Sequence record: JF912400.1
Length of the DNA stretch: 48,766 nt
Source: Cronobacter phage ESP2949-1
Strand: one strand, 5' to 3'
In this document: piece by piece, positions 1 through 9,268 of the stretch
How positions within the stretch are numbered: the first letter of the stretch is position 1
Layout: every line of letters begins with the position of its first letter
Made by a program: the position numbers and the translations under genes
Notes under the pieces: generated by a model
What the model saw: the letters and a program-made list of their open reading frames with translations, nothing else
What the model was told of the DNA's origin: nothing
Database searches by the model: none

Positions 1-371
1 AGCGCCCACGGCCTGCCGGTCAGAGGTCGAGTAGCAGGCTCAACGAAACGCATATCACCCTCTGGAAGCGACACGATAACCCAGGTGATCTGCATTTCGT
101 CACACATGCAGGTATCGTGAGCGCTCGGCAGCGTAGTAGCGCCGTCGCCGGTGTGGCTATGGGCAATAGCTATGATTTCCTGATCAGAATCCATAACTTC
201 CGCATACTGAGAAACATCCATCATGAAATGATTTTCCGGATCTGGATGCACGTTATCAATGCGGTGGTATCTCTGTACGCGCGATTTCTGTGTCACCACG
301 CCACAGCATTCTTGAGGGTATACCTCTTTAGCGTGGCGCATAATTTCCATCTTAATTTTTGCGTTTATCAT
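1..371 (-). CDS. K: Tail assembly protein gpK, N-terminal JAMM/MPN metallopeptidase domain (truncated by window edge)
   Basis: Manual translation from ATG at 371 (ATGA overlap with the L stop): MINAKIKMEIMRHAKEVYPQECCGVVTQKS...IIAIAHSHTGDGATTLPSAHDTCMCDE...; CCGV and HSH...S..D JAMM motif; next to gpL. Absent from the supplied ORF track because it runs off the window. Confidence 0.9.
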   Translation of the reverse strand, partial: MINAKIKMEIMRHAKEVYPQECCGVVTQKSRVQRYHRIDNVHPDPENHFMMDVSQYAEVMDSDQEIIAIAHSHTGDGATTLPSAHDTCMCDEMQITWVIVSLPEGDMRFVEPATRPLTGRPWA

Positions 372-1123
372 TGCGTTCTACTCATCAAAGAAGCCACTGC
401 ACAAGCGCCGAAATCCAGCTCTGCATCCTCTCCAAATCGGAGTTTGCAGGCCGTCACCGTTCCGGCGCATCTGTCGAGGGATGGATCTGTAACCGGATTG
501 TTGTCTTTATCGAACATTCGCGGCCCGTTGTACCCGCAACCCTTTCCGGTTTTGTACCAGTTACGCTGCGCCCAATAACAGACCGACTGAGTTACTCGCG
601 GTGGTATCATGATGCCATCCATATCGTATGGAGATGTAAGATCGAATCTGGCAATCGTTGGATTGCAGAAATTGGGGCGCTCAATGTAATAAGTCAGTCT
701 GCGGAATGCGCCATCTGCAACGTTTCCGTTAGCATCCATCAAGTCAGCCGCCACGATGTAGATCGTAACCTTTGCCTGCATCATGCCGTTATAGGTGCGA
801 ATCAGGGCCGAAACCTGGCTGTCAATGTTGGAAAGCGTTAGCTGCGGCTTGCCTGGTTTACCGTCGCTGGAAAAGCTAATGCCGGAAATGCCGAACGGTC
901 GCGCGCCGTAAGTTTTCCCATGAAACTTAACATCTTTGGATGGGAGCGTGCCGGTCTGCTGGGCGACCATCAATTCCTCTGCGGTATATTGCAGGTTTTC
1001 AGCGTGGAAGCGATAAACTCGCGCCCCAAACTTAGTTCCGTCAATCTCCACCAGCGTTAGGATCTCGCCAGGGTAGAGACTTTGCAGACAGTTTGAGAAA
1101 TCTTTGTTCAGGTCTATTGACAT
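368..1123 (-). CDS. L: Minor tail protein L-like, with conserved C-terminal cysteines
   Basis: lambda-order synteny M-L-K; C-terminal Cys pattern (C..SVCYW..CGYNG..RCAGTVTACKLRFG). Start moved from 1177 to 1123 (GGAGG-taaaac-ATG); 1177 lies inside a terminator hairpin. Confidence 0.88.
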   Translation of the reverse strand: MSIDLNKDFSNCLQSLYPGEILTLVEIDGTKFGARVYRFHAENLQYTAEELMVAQQTGTLPSKDVKFHGKTYGARPFGISGISFSSDGKPGKPQLTLSNIDSQVSALIRTYNGMMQAKVTIYIVAADLMDANGNVADGAFRRLTYYIERPNFCNPTIARFDLTSPYDMDGIMIPPRVTQSVCYWAQRNWYKTGKGCGYNGPRMFDKDNNPVTDPSLDRCAGTVTACKLRFGEDAELDFGACAVASLMSRTQ

Positions 1124-1162
1124 GTTTTTACCTCCGTTATTTCCGGCCATTGTAGCACCAAT

Positions 1163-1187
1163 AAAAAAGCCGCACAAAGGCGGCTTT
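1163..1187 (-). terminator. Rho-independent terminator
   Basis: Minus AAAGCCGC..GCGGCTTTTTTAT between M and L. Confidence 0.75.
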
Positions 1188-1191
1188 GGTG

Positions 1192-1545
1192 TCAGGTCAT
1201 GCTGGTAAATTGCTCGGTGAAAGTTGCTTTCACCTCCTGAACGGTTGAAGAAATCGGCGTCGCCGTCACACTGTCGGCCTTCACACGGAACAAACCAGAT
1301 TTGCCATCGGGGGATTTCCAGTGAAAAGGCTTTAGGCGGTGACTATTAAGGAAATCAAGCACCTGAATATAATCATCGCCAGCGTAAGTGATGGAAAATT
1401 CCCTGCGGACGGTGTTATATCCAGATGATGCAACCTGCGTATATCCGTTTCCGAAAACAACCATTCGGTCATTGTTCGTAGTTGTCATGGCCCCGCCGCC
1501 GTTTTGCACCTGCGTACACCAGTTGAAGCTGTCAAGTTTTGCCAT
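1192..1545 (-). CDS. M: Minor tail protein M-like
   Basis: 117 aa; FxVRREFSITYAG-like minor tail protein; positioned between tape measure and L. Confidence 0.85.
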   Translation of the reverse strand: MAKLDSFNWCTQVQNGGGAMTTTNNDRMVVFGNGYTQVASSGYNTVRREFSITYAGDDYIQVLDFLNSHRLKPFHWKSPDGKSGLFRVKADSVTATPISSTVQEVKATFTEQFTSMT

Positions 1546-4253
1546 TATCGTTTACTCTCCACGTAATTATAAACCGCTCCGCCTTGCGTACAGGCTTCCC
1601 GTATTAACTGTTCAAAAATCATCTTGACGCCGCGCTCCGTACTTGCCGGGTCGTTCCCGTTGTTAACTTCAACGTTAATGTCACCAAAGTTGAAAGCAGA
1701 TCCGGCAACCGTCCGATATGATCCCCCAAAACTTGATCCGCCAACCTGCCCGCCGTTCGCGTATCCACGCATCATGCGGTAAAGGTTTTTCACTCCGATC
1801 CTGCTAGTTGCCTCTTTGGTGAATACAAATTCGCCACCATGAACGACACCTTTCGGCTCGTACTTCCCGCCAGCGCCAGTGTATCCGCCACCAGCGAAGC
1901 TACCAATGATATCGGACATACCCCAGGTTTTTCCGCCTGTCAGCCCTGAAAGGGCGTTAAAGATGACCATCTTGGATATCATCTCAACAATCATTTTAAT
2001 GATTGAAGTTGCGAAATCTTTAAAGCTGGCTTTGCCGGTTGTCAGAAATTCAGTCATCTGATTACTTAAACCGTTCAGCGCAGCACCTGCGATTTTCCCA
2101 ACGTTGCTATACATATCCATCGCCGATTCGCCATATTTAGCGAATGCGTTTTTCGCTCCAGCAAGCCAGTTGCTGCTTAAGCTGTCCTCGCTGTCGTACA
2201 GCTTCTGCTGCGCCGCCAGAACCGCATCTTTTTGCCGGTTAATTTCTGCAATCTTATCCTGATCTGTAACCCCTTCCGCAGCCTGTTCGTACTTCTTCCG
2301 GATGGCGTTAAGCTGTTCCTCCCGCTGGATCTGCTGGTCGGTGTATCCTTTGGCCCGCAGGTTGATAGACTGCTGCTGATCCTCCAGGTCTCTCATGTAG
2401 TTAGAGCTGTCTTGCTGCAACTTATTCATGCGAGTTTGAAGCTGGATCGCATCGCCAAGCTCGGCATTTCGGCGCGCCGTTTCCAGCACAGAAGCCTTGT
2501 TGGTCAGCAACTCCTGCTCGCTGGCAGAAAGGCGGCGCTTACCCTGCGCATCTTCCAGGATGCTGATTTTCGCCTCTGTCTCAAAGAGATTTTGGCGCTG
2601 CCTGGAAATGCGATCATTGATGGTAGTATGCTCGCGTAGCGTTTTAAGCTGCGCCTGCAATGCCAGCGTTTCTTGATCGTATGTTTCCGTTGCTCCCCGG
2701 ACGATTGGCGATTTCTTCGGTCGATTCTTCTTGGCCTCGGCCTCCTGAATCTCTTTGATTTCCTTTTTCTTCTGCTCGATCAAGTATTCTGATTGGCGGA
2801 TGGCTTCCTTATCGCCGGTTAACTGCGCCTTACTCCGCAGCTTATAGATTTCCTGCAACTCTTTCTCGGCACCGGCAACACGATTTGTGTTGAGGTACAT
2901 CTTGCCAATTTCTTCGTTTGCCGCTGCTGCCGCCTTTTGGCCATCAAGCCACCCTTGCTTACTGGCCGCAACGAAATCTCTGGTCTTTTGCAGTTCCTGC
3001 AATGAGCCATCATAAGCGCCACCAAGCGCGACATTAGCCCTGCCTAAACTTGCTGCGGTGTAGTATTCCTTAACGCCCTGTGCCACATCGCTCCAGCTAT
3101 CCTTGATGCCAGCAGCTTTCAGTTTGTGCTTTTCGATTTCCTCGTTAACGGCGGTGAAATTCGAGGCGTTTTTGTACTGGTTAACCAGATCTTTGGCATC
3201 CTGGTAGCTGTAACCAACATCAAGCAGTTTCTGGATTGCCTCGCCAGCGCCATCCTTTGTGGAAACGAAGGCTGCGGTAACTTCATCGGCAGTCTTTCCT
3301 GACGCATCGGCGATGTTTCGGATATTAATCGCCAGCTTTTGAGCGTAAGCCTCTGATATTCCGAGAGACTCGCTGATTGATTTTTTCAAATTATCAAGCT
3401 CTGTCTGGCTCTTGATGGCATAAAACACCAGGCCGCCAAGCGCAGCCGCCGCCGCACCGATAGCCACATTCATCGGCGTAATGAACGTGGCAAGTTCCCG
3501 GAACGTGTTACCAATTCCGCCGAAAGAGTCCTTAATCTGCCCGCCCTGCTGGATCGCCACCATCCAGACTGGCATTCCCGAAGCCAGCGAAGTCACCACG
3601 TCCGTGATCTGCGCCGGCAACATGCGCATCGCCTGCTTATACTGGCCCATCGACACGCCCAGCTTAGATACTGCCGCTTCCTGCTCGCGCAGGCTGGCAA
3701 CAAATGGCGCTGCTGCCTCGGAAACGCCAAGCTGCGCCGCCCGCATCTCGACAAGTTCAGATTGCGCCTTGCCAGCCGCGTCTGCCTGTGCCTTCAAGGT
3801 GGCTATGAACTTCTGACCCTCTGCGGTGGCTTTTGCTTTCTGGCGTGATTCCTCCAGCGCGGCCCGGCCTTCCTCGGTCAGCGCTTTCTTTGCAACAGCC
3901 AGCTTGTTCTGCTGTTGCTCAAGCATTTCCGAAAGCTCAAAAAATTGCTTGTCGGGAACTACGCCCTTGTTCCACAGGTTATCAAGCTGCTCCGCCGCAG
4001 CGCGCAACCTGTCCATTTTTTTAGCTGTCGGATCTATGGCGTTCTGGATTTCCCGGTACGCCTTCGCCTGTTTTGAAACCTCGGCGGAATGGTCTTTAGC
4101 CTGTTGCTTTGCAACCTGTTCGGCATCCACGAACTCACTGATGCCTTTGGCAGCTTCCTGGTTTGCTTCCTTGAAGCGCTTGAGTGATCGCGTGGCGTTA
4201 TCCACCTGCGACACGTCAACACCAAGAGCAATACCGGCGAATTGTTCGGCCAT
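1545..4253 (-). CDS. Tail tape measure protein (lambda gpH-like)
   Basis: 902 aa, coiled-coil rich, hydrophobic centre, C-terminal lambda-tail motif (GGYTGAGGKYEPKGVVHGGEFVFTKEATSRIG); downstream of G/GT. Confidence 0.93.
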   Translation of the reverse strand: MAEQFAGIALGVDVSQVDNATRSLKRFKEANQEAAKGISEFVDAEQVAKQQAKDHSAEVSKQAKAYREIQNAIDPTAKKMDRLRAAAEQLDNLWNKGVVPDKQFFELSEMLEQQQNKLAVAKKALTEEGRAALEESRQKAKATAEGQKFIATLKAQADAAGKAQSELVEMRAAQLGVSEAAAPFVASLREQEAAVSKLGVSMGQYKQAMRMLPAQITDVVTSLASGMPVWMVAIQQGGQIKDSFGGIGNTFRELATFITPMNVAIGAAAAALGGLVFYAIKSQTELDNLKKSISESLGISEAYAQKLAINIRNIADASGKTADEVTAAFVSTKDGAGEAIQKLLDVGYSYQDAKDLVNQYKNASNFTAVNEEIEKHKLKAAGIKDSWSDVAQGVKEYYTAASLGRANVALGGAYDGSLQELQKTRDFVAASKQGWLDGQKAAAAANEEIGKMYLNTNRVAGAEKELQEIYKLRSKAQLTGDKEAIRQSEYLIEQKKKEIKEIQEAEAKKNRPKKSPIVRGATETYDQETLALQAQLKTLREHTTINDRISRQRQNLFETEAKISILEDAQGKRRLSASEQELLTNKASVLETARRNAELGDAIQLQTRMNKLQQDSSNYMRDLEDQQQSINLRAKGYTDQQIQREEQLNAIRKKYEQAAEGVTDQDKIAEINRQKDAVLAAQQKLYDSEDSLSSNWLAGAKNAFAKYGESAMDMYSNVGKIAGAALNGLSNQMTEFLTTGKASFKDFATSIIKMIVEMISKMVIFNALSGLTGGKTWGMSDIIGSFAGGGYTGAGGKYEPKGVVHGGEFVFTKEATSRIGVKNLYRMMRGYANGGQVGGSSFGGSYRTVAGSAFNFGDINVEVNNGNDPASTERGVKMIFEQLIREACTQGGAVYNYVESKR

Positions 4254-4267
4254 AAAAGTAACTCCTA

Positions 4268-4292
4268 TAAAAAAAGCGCCACCAGGGCGCTT
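4268..4292 (-). terminator. Rho-independent terminator between GT and tape measure
   Basis: AAGCGCC-ctggt-GGCGCTTTTTTTAT. Confidence 0.75.
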
Positions 4293-4928
4293 ATTTGCTT
4301 TTCTGATTTAGCATCTCAAGAGCTTTGGACTCCATGATTCGCAAATCGTTAAACGCCGCTTCTTCGTCGTCTATTCTATAGACTCTGAATAGCATAGGCA
4401 AAACGTTATAATCAAATCCGTATGGGCCGCCACCTGCCGATCTCCATTGTGTCTGCATGGCGCAAAACAGATCCCAAGACTCCATCATTGATTCATCGAA
4501 AATCACTTCTTCCGGATCTTCTCCTTCGTAATCTTCGCGGCTCAAGCCAACGGCTTTCAATTCTTCATCAGTGGGATCTTTCTGATAGTACAGGTAAACG
4601 GCCCGTTTTAGTTTTTTGCCCGCGCGCCAATCATTGCGGCAGTGTAAGCTTCCATCATTGAAGCTGCGGCCATCGGGAAAAGAGACAGAAGCTCGGCAAT
4701 ATTTTCGTCGTTAAATTCTTCTTCCAGATCCCAGCCAGACGCTATGGTTTTAATAAATTCTACGTCACTTACCGGTTTTTCCTGCTGCATCATTTCCTGT
4801 AGTTCCGACGCCTTAAGGTGGCGAACCGTGAAACACATATCGCCAGTCTCGCCATTTTGAAGCATCATTGATACCGGCAGTTTGAAATCAGGCAGGCGGC
4901 CCAGGGTAATCTTGAATTTCTTTGACAT
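4291..4928 (-). CDS. Tail assembly chaperone GT-like fusion by -1 ribosomal frameshift (212 aa)
   Basis: Slippery heptamer A_AAA_AAC at 4611-4617 in the G frame; -1 reading continues LKRAVYLYYQKDPTDEELKAVGLSRED... into the 89-aa ORF 4291..4560 (DUF1799-like). Confidence 0.85.
4608..4928 (-). CDS. Tail assembly chaperone G-like (zero frame)
   Basis: 106 aa between tube and tape measure genes; ends at a slippery A AAA AAC immediately before TAA. Confidence 0.85.
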   Translation of the reverse strand: MSKKFKITLGRLPDFKLPVSMMLQNGETGDMCFTVRHLKASELQEMMQQEKPVSDVEFIKTIASGWDLEEEFNDENIAELLSLFPMAAASMMEAYTAAMIGARAKN

Positions 4929-4970
4929 GTCATTATCTCCGTATTGTTGAAGCTTGGATTATATGGCAAT

Positions 4971-4993
4971 AAAAAACGGGGCGCAATGCCCCG
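4971..4993 (-). terminator. Rho-independent terminator after tube gene
   Basis: CGGGGC-attgc-GCCCCGTTTTTTATT. Confidence 0.85.
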
Positions 4994-4998
4994 TGTTT

Positions 4999-5655
4999 TT
5001 ACTCGGAAGGTAGGAATGTAAATTTACCTTTCAGGGAAACGGAAAGTGATACAGTTTCCATTTCGTTGACGCTGGTTTGCGGGATTTCGTTGAAAGAAAG
5101 AACCCCGGCCCACAGGCGCATTTCTTTAGCCTTCGGCACGAACATGCGCATTGGTGTAACTTCGCCGCTTTCGTCAGCCTTGCGCAGCATCGGATAGATC
5201 GGGTTGTTATACTCATGCGCGAACGTGTAAGTCAGCGACACGGCGCTCTTGAAGGTCGGAAGCTGCTGTTCCTGATCGTCAGAAAGGCACTGGTAGGTAT
5301 AGAACTGCTGCTCGCCGCCGTCCTGCGCCAGATCCTGAACACATGGGATCTCAGTCCACGAAGTGATGACGCGGAAGGTGGCGGTGTTGGTTCCTGCTGG
5401 GAAAACGTTCGGATCGGTGGTGTCGATGCCTTCGAGGGTAACGCTGGTATCTTCGACGATGGAATCCACGCGAAGAACACGATCAACCATGCGGCCCCAG
5501 GTGGCGCTGGTAATAATAACGTAGTTGCCCGCCGCTACGCCATCAGTAGACGCCACAGAAAGAACCGGCTTTTCGGCTTTGGAAACTTGAGTCGCGTTAA
5601 TTTCCGCGCCCATCTCGCTACCGATGAAAATTTGAGAACCGTTAGGAAGGTGCAT
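4999..5655 (-). CDS. Major tail tube protein
   Basis: 218 aa; GSEMGAEINATQVSKAEKPVLS... and TYTFAHEYNNPIY...; typical tube position; own terminator downstream. Confidence 0.8.
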   Translation of the reverse strand: MHLPNGSQIFIGSEMGAEINATQVSKAEKPVLSVASTDGVAAGNYVIITSATWGRMVDRVLRVDSIVEDTSVTLEGIDTTDPNVFPAGTNTATFRVITSWTEIPCVQDLAQDGGEQQFYTYQCLSDDQEQQLPTFKSAVSLTYTFAHEYNNPIYPMLRKADESGEVTPMRMFVPKAKEMRLWAGVLSFNEIPQTSVNEMETVSLSVSLKGKFTFLPSE

Positions 5656-5658
5656 AAA

Positions 5659-6060
5659 TTACTCCTGTTTTTCGTCGAAACGAACCGTAAATCGAACCGG
5701 GATCATATACCCCGTCTCATGTTTTTGAACTGGCCGCACTTCTGCGCCTTGATAGATGTAGCCATGCTGCAACATTCTACCATCGTAAAAGAATTTGGCA
5801 ATATCGGACGCGGCGCGGCGGGCCGCATCGGTGCCGTCACCTGGCGAGAAAATAACGGCGACCTGGACGATGCCGATATAAGACTTACATTTCCGATCCA
5901 GGGAAAGGAATATCGTATCGGCCTCCATATAGTCGAATTTTAACCACATGGAACCATCAGCAGGAGGAACGAAAGGAACGTTCTCATAAGATATCGAGTA
6001 GGCCGGGCCGAATTGCGTATCAAGCAAAACCCTTGCCGCCAGCATTAATTCATAGTGCAT
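5659..6060 (-). CDS. Tail terminator/completion-like protein (DUF4128-like)
   Basis: 133 aa; position between the neck and tube genes; IPVRFTVRF ending. Confidence 0.6.
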   Translation of the reverse strand: MHYELMLAARVLLDTQFGPAYSISYENVPFVPPADGSMWLKFDYMEADTIFLSLDRKCKSYIGIVQVAVIFSPGDGTDAARRAASDIAKFFYDGRMLQHGYIYQGAEVRPVQKHETGYMIPVRFTVRFDEKQE

Positions 6061-6499
6061 TCTTTGCCCTCGCTTCTTTTATCGCGTCCGCCAGGTAAGA
6101 TCTTAGCCTTACCGCAACCACTCCGACAACGCCAGCCGGTGCCTGTTTGGAGTGGCCGTATTCAAGAGCGTTCGCGTAGATTAGCATGTTTGAAAACCAG
6201 ATCTGCTTAACAGCGCCGCCGCCGCGCAGCATGGCATAAACGGCGCGTTTTCCTTCTGCGATGGTATCCGCGCCGTCTCGGTCGTAATTATTCAGCGCGT
6301 GCATTGCCGGTCGGTTAGCTGTCACCTGCCAATTTCCACGGAAGCGGCCAGTATCGACGGGTGAGCGATTAACCAGATCTTCCTGTACTTTACCGGCCAT
6401 TATTTCTATACAGTCGGTAATGCCAGATCCGGCAGCGTCTATCCACTTGTCAATACTGGTCGTGAAGGTGTTGATCTTGTAGTTAGCCACCAACTGCAA
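6050..6499 (-). CDS. HK97-gp10-like head-tail/neck protein
   Basis: 149 aa; NRSPVDTGRFRGNWQV... motif typical of gp10/minor neck proteins. Confidence 0.75.
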   Translation of the reverse strand: MQLVANYKINTFTTSIDKWIDAAGSGITDCIEIMAGKVQEDLVNRSPVDTGRFRGNWQVTANRPAMHALNNYDRDGADTIAEGKRAVYAMLRGGGAVKQIWFSNMLIYANALEYGHSKQAPAGVVGVVAVRLRSYLADAIKEARAKNAL

Positions 6500-6854
6500 T
6501 CCTCCGCAAAATTGGGCGATATGCTACCGTTGTGCCGGTTTGCCTGACTGGTCTCGGCTCCGTAACGGTGTATGTTTCGCCATCAACGACAATTCGATAC
6601 CCCTTCTTGATCTCTACATCGGCGTTGAAAATACCCAGCTTATCAGTAACCATGATTTGCTCGCCGTCAACCTCACGTATCTTTGGAGATCGTATTAAAC
6701 CGTGGATTGTCACGCTTTGCTCTGCGACCGGAACCTCAACCCCGCCAACCATCTTAACGCCTCCCTGCTGCGTGATGCACTTAAAATTACCATCGCCGTC
6801 GCTGAAAAAATCAATCCCGGCAGATGCCATTGCCCTGATCTGATCGTAATTCAT
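6483..6854 (-). CDS. Head-closure/head-tail connector protein
   Basis: Synteny; start set at ATG 6854 ([11 protein letters not shown]..), ATGA overlap with the upstream stop at 6851 rather than 6938. Confidence 0.55.
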   Translation of the reverse strand: MNYDQIRAMASAGIDFFSDGDGNFKCITQQGGVKMVGGVEVPVAEQSVTIHGLIRSPKIREVDGEQIMVTDKLGIFNADVEIKKGYRIVVDGETYTVTEPRPVRQTGTTVAYRPILRRIAVGG

Positions 6855-7246
6855 TCGCAGCACCCCCTGCGCAGCCCGGTAATCAGGCCGAACCCGCCGC
6901 CTTTTTTGCGGTTTAGGGCGCGATACATTTCGCCCCACGGCGTAGCGCTTAACGACTTGTCTCCTCCCGTCGTGCTCTGGAAAGTCTGCGAAAACTCACC
7001 ACTCAGAGAGAATGACGCTACTCGCTGCGTGTAGCTCTCAACGCTGTCTTTCTCGGTCTTGAGCGCGCCTTCAAGAGTCATCAGGTGGAGCGTGTAAAGC
7101 GCAAGCGCCCTGTCGTAATCATCGCCAAATTTGCTTTCGCAAACGAACAACTTCGCCATCTCGACCCACGCTTCGATAGTTTCATCCGGAATTTTTTTCA
7201 TCGGCGGGGCAAGCTGTCGGATAATCAGTAGGATATTCTCGTTCAT
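6851..7246 (-). CDS. Head-tail adaptor (DUF4054-like)
   Basis: 131 aa; [38 protein letters not shown] motif. Confidence 0.75.
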   Translation of the reverse strand: MNENILLIIRQLAPPMKKIPDETIEAWVEMAKLFVCESKFGDDYDRALALYTLHLMTLEGALKTEKDSVESYTQRVASFSLSGEFSQTFQSTTGGDKSLSATPWGEMYRALNRKKGGGFGLITGLRRGCCE

Positions 7247-7263
7247 GATTTCACCCTGATATG

Positions 7264-7287
7264 AAAAAGGGCGCTATCAGCGCCCTT
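7264..7287 (-). terminator. Rho-independent terminator
   Basis: AAGGGCGCT-gat-AGCGCCCTTTTT. Confidence 0.85.
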
Positions 7288-7291
7288 GTTT

Positions 7292-7621
7292 TTAGATTTC
7301 GCCGCCGTCTTCAAGCTCTTTCAGCGTCTTACCCTCGTAAGGGTCTTTGCTGCGCTTGGAATAGGCATCTTCTTTGATCTGTTTGGTCAGATCGGGATTG
7401 CCTTTTACGGAAAGCTCGCCACGGCAGATGGAATAAACGATGCCCTGATTTTTCAGTGCGTCAGCGTCAACCTCGAAAGACTCGCCAGGCATAACGCGCT
7501 TGCCGCCGAAGTGAATGACGCAAGCCCCATCGTTAACCAGGATGTGAGATGCCGGGCTGGTCACTTCGTTCTTCTGCTCTGCGGTCGCTTCGCTCTGCTG
7601 CTCAGTGGTTTTCTTAGACAT
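7292..7621 (-). CDS. Hypothetical structural-region protein
   Basis: 109 aa ORF flanked by terminators on both sides. Confidence 0.6.
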   Translation of the reverse strand: MSKKTTEQQSEATAEQKNEVTSPASHILVNDGACVIHFGGKRVMPGESFEVDADALKNQGIVYSICRGELSVKGNPDLTKQIKEDAYSKRSKDPYEGKTLKELEDGGEI

Positions 7622-7637
7622 ATTTTTCTCCGTTAAT

Positions 7638-7662
7638 AAAAAAGCCTCTCTATGAGAGGCTT
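7638..7662 (-). terminator. Rho-independent terminator after capsid gene
   Basis: AAGCCTCTC-ata-GAGAGGCTTTTTTATT. Confidence 0.88.
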
Positions 7663-7669
7663 AATATTA

Positions 7670-8632
7670 TTATACGCCGGTAATTAAAACAAGCGTCAGA
7701 GGACGGTAAATCGTCAGGCCGGTGCATTTGGAGGTGCAAGGCACTTTGAAATGCAGGTCTTTCGGTTGCGCCGGGAGCATGTTGAAAAGCTCAGGAAGCT
7801 CAATGCTCATGTTCATCGGGTTTTTCTCGTACACCAGCACGCCTTTCGTACCAGCGCCGTCGATATCTTCGAGTTCCGCGATGGATTCGATGGTGATACC
7901 TGCGTTTTGCGCGCTGAAATAATCCAGGTAGCTCTGCGTGGTATTTTCCATACGAACTGCCAGAACCTTACGAACGGACGGCGGGATCAGGATGTTGGTT
8001 GCGCGATGCTGGCCCTGCGTCTGAGTTTGCAGGATTTCAATCGCGTTTTCCAGATCGCTGGATGCCTGCTCGGCGTTTTTGGTGCCATCGTCAGCCAGCC
8101 ACTTAGCCGAAGCAACAATTTTCGTGATGTTCGGATGGTTGAACACGGAAACGATTTTGTGCGGCGCGGAACCCTTGAACACCAGGCGGTTAACAAGCTG
8201 ATCGTGAGCCAGTTGCGCGGCTGCTGCCTTGCGGTTTGAGAGCGGCTTACCGGTTCGAGCGCCAGCTTTGATCTCATCAATGGAAATCAGGAAGGCGTTA
8301 CCCAGGCGGTAAACTTTGCCAAACTCGCTGGACATCAGCGCATCAACGGTCGGCAGGTCGTCGGTGTAGTCGGCGATGATTTGCGCCAGACCAACTTTGT
8401 CGAAAACCTGGTATTCGAAGGTTTTATCCGTGTCAGAAAGCTCGTTCGTTACCGGGAAAACGCGCAGCGCGGAACCGACCGGGTATTCTTCTTCGTAAGC
8501 CTGCGATTTAATGCGGTGCAATTCCTGCGCCGTCCAAATGCCAGCATCAACGGCATCGGCTTTAAAACCGTGGCGTTCCAGATGCTGAGTCACGACCAGG
8601 CTTTCGTACTCGTCATATTTGACTTTAGACAT
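7670..8632 (-). CDS. Major capsid protein (DUF2184-like)
   Basis: 320 aa, capsid synteny; NAFLISIDEIKAGARTG..., ATNILIPPSVRKVLAV....; strong RBS (aaggag). Confidence 0.85.
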   Translation of the reverse strand: MSKVKYDEYESLVVTQHLERHGFKADAVDAGIWTAQELHRIKSQAYEEEYPVGSALRVFPVTNELSDTDKTFEYQVFDKVGLAQIIADYTDDLPTVDALMSSEFGKVYRLGNAFLISIDEIKAGARTGKPLSNRKAAAAQLAHDQLVNRLVFKGSAPHKIVSVFNHPNITKIVASAKWLADDGTKNAEQASSDLENAIEILQTQTQGQHRATNILIPPSVRKVLAVRMENTTQSYLDYFSAQNAGITIESIAELEDIDGAGTKGVLVYEKNPMNMSIELPELFNMLPAQPKDLHFKVPCTSKCTGLTIYRPLTLVLITGV

Positions 8633-8712
8633 AAAAACTCCTTAGAAATAGGCGTTATCAATTAACGCCCACATCATAGCATTTTTTGTTAAGCAATCAA
8701 CCGTATTTTTTG

Positions 8713-9213
8713 CTATCCCGCAGCGGGCCGCAAAAATGCAGATGACTGCTTGATCTGAACTTCCACCAGCCAATAAGTTTCATCCCACTTAATAAAGCCG
8801 CCAGTATAAGTCCACCCGTAAATTTCGCTGCCCGTACTACTTGCGATCCCGGATGCCGAAGTTTTAACAGCGCTTCCGGGTCGGGGCTGGCTTTGAATGG
8901 TATTCGTGAGAACCCAAACGCGGCCATGCGACACAACCGATATCGGCTCACCGCTCAGGTAAGCACGTCTCCCGTTCGCATTCTTCCCAAGAACAAGAGC
9001 GGATCTCAAAGCTACCCCATAAGCAAGCCCGTCAGGAATCTGGTTGGTTATTTCCTTGTACCCGTCAACCACTGACTTTACAGCCACAATTTGCCCGCAG
9101 ACAACACTGGCAACCGATTCTGAGACGAAGCAAGCGCCATCAATATTATATTCGCTTGTGTCACCTATGGAACCTGGGCATTGTTGCAGCATTACGTTCG
9201 AATAATCAGCCAT
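8713..9213 (-). CDS. Capsid-region structural/decoration-like protein, paralogue 1
   Basis: MADYSNVMLQQCPGSIGDTSEYNIDGACFV...; shares DTSxYNIDGAC, G(V/I)A(L/I)RS, GRVW, GWxYTG blocks with the next gene. Confidence 0.65.
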   Translation of the reverse strand: MADYSNVMLQQCPGSIGDTSEYNIDGACFVSESVASVVCGQIVAVKSVVDGYKEITNQIPDGLAYGVALRSALVLGKNANGRRAYLSGEPISVVSHGRVWVLTNTIQSQPRPGSAVKTSASGIASSTGSEIYGWTYTGGFIKWDETYWLVEVQIKQSSAFLRPAAG

Positions 9214-9226
9214 ATTGTTTATCTCC

Positions 9227-9253
9227 AAAAAAAAGACCGCCTAAGCGGTCTTT
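9227..9253 (-). terminator. Rho-independent terminator
   Basis: AAAGACCGC-ttag-GCGGTCTTTTTTTT. Confidence 0.88.
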
Positions 9254-9268
9254 ATATTAACATCGGTT

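Noticed and set aside
5077-5943. 288-aa plus-strand ORF opposite the tail tube gene
   Set aside because: Antisense shadow of two well supported genes.
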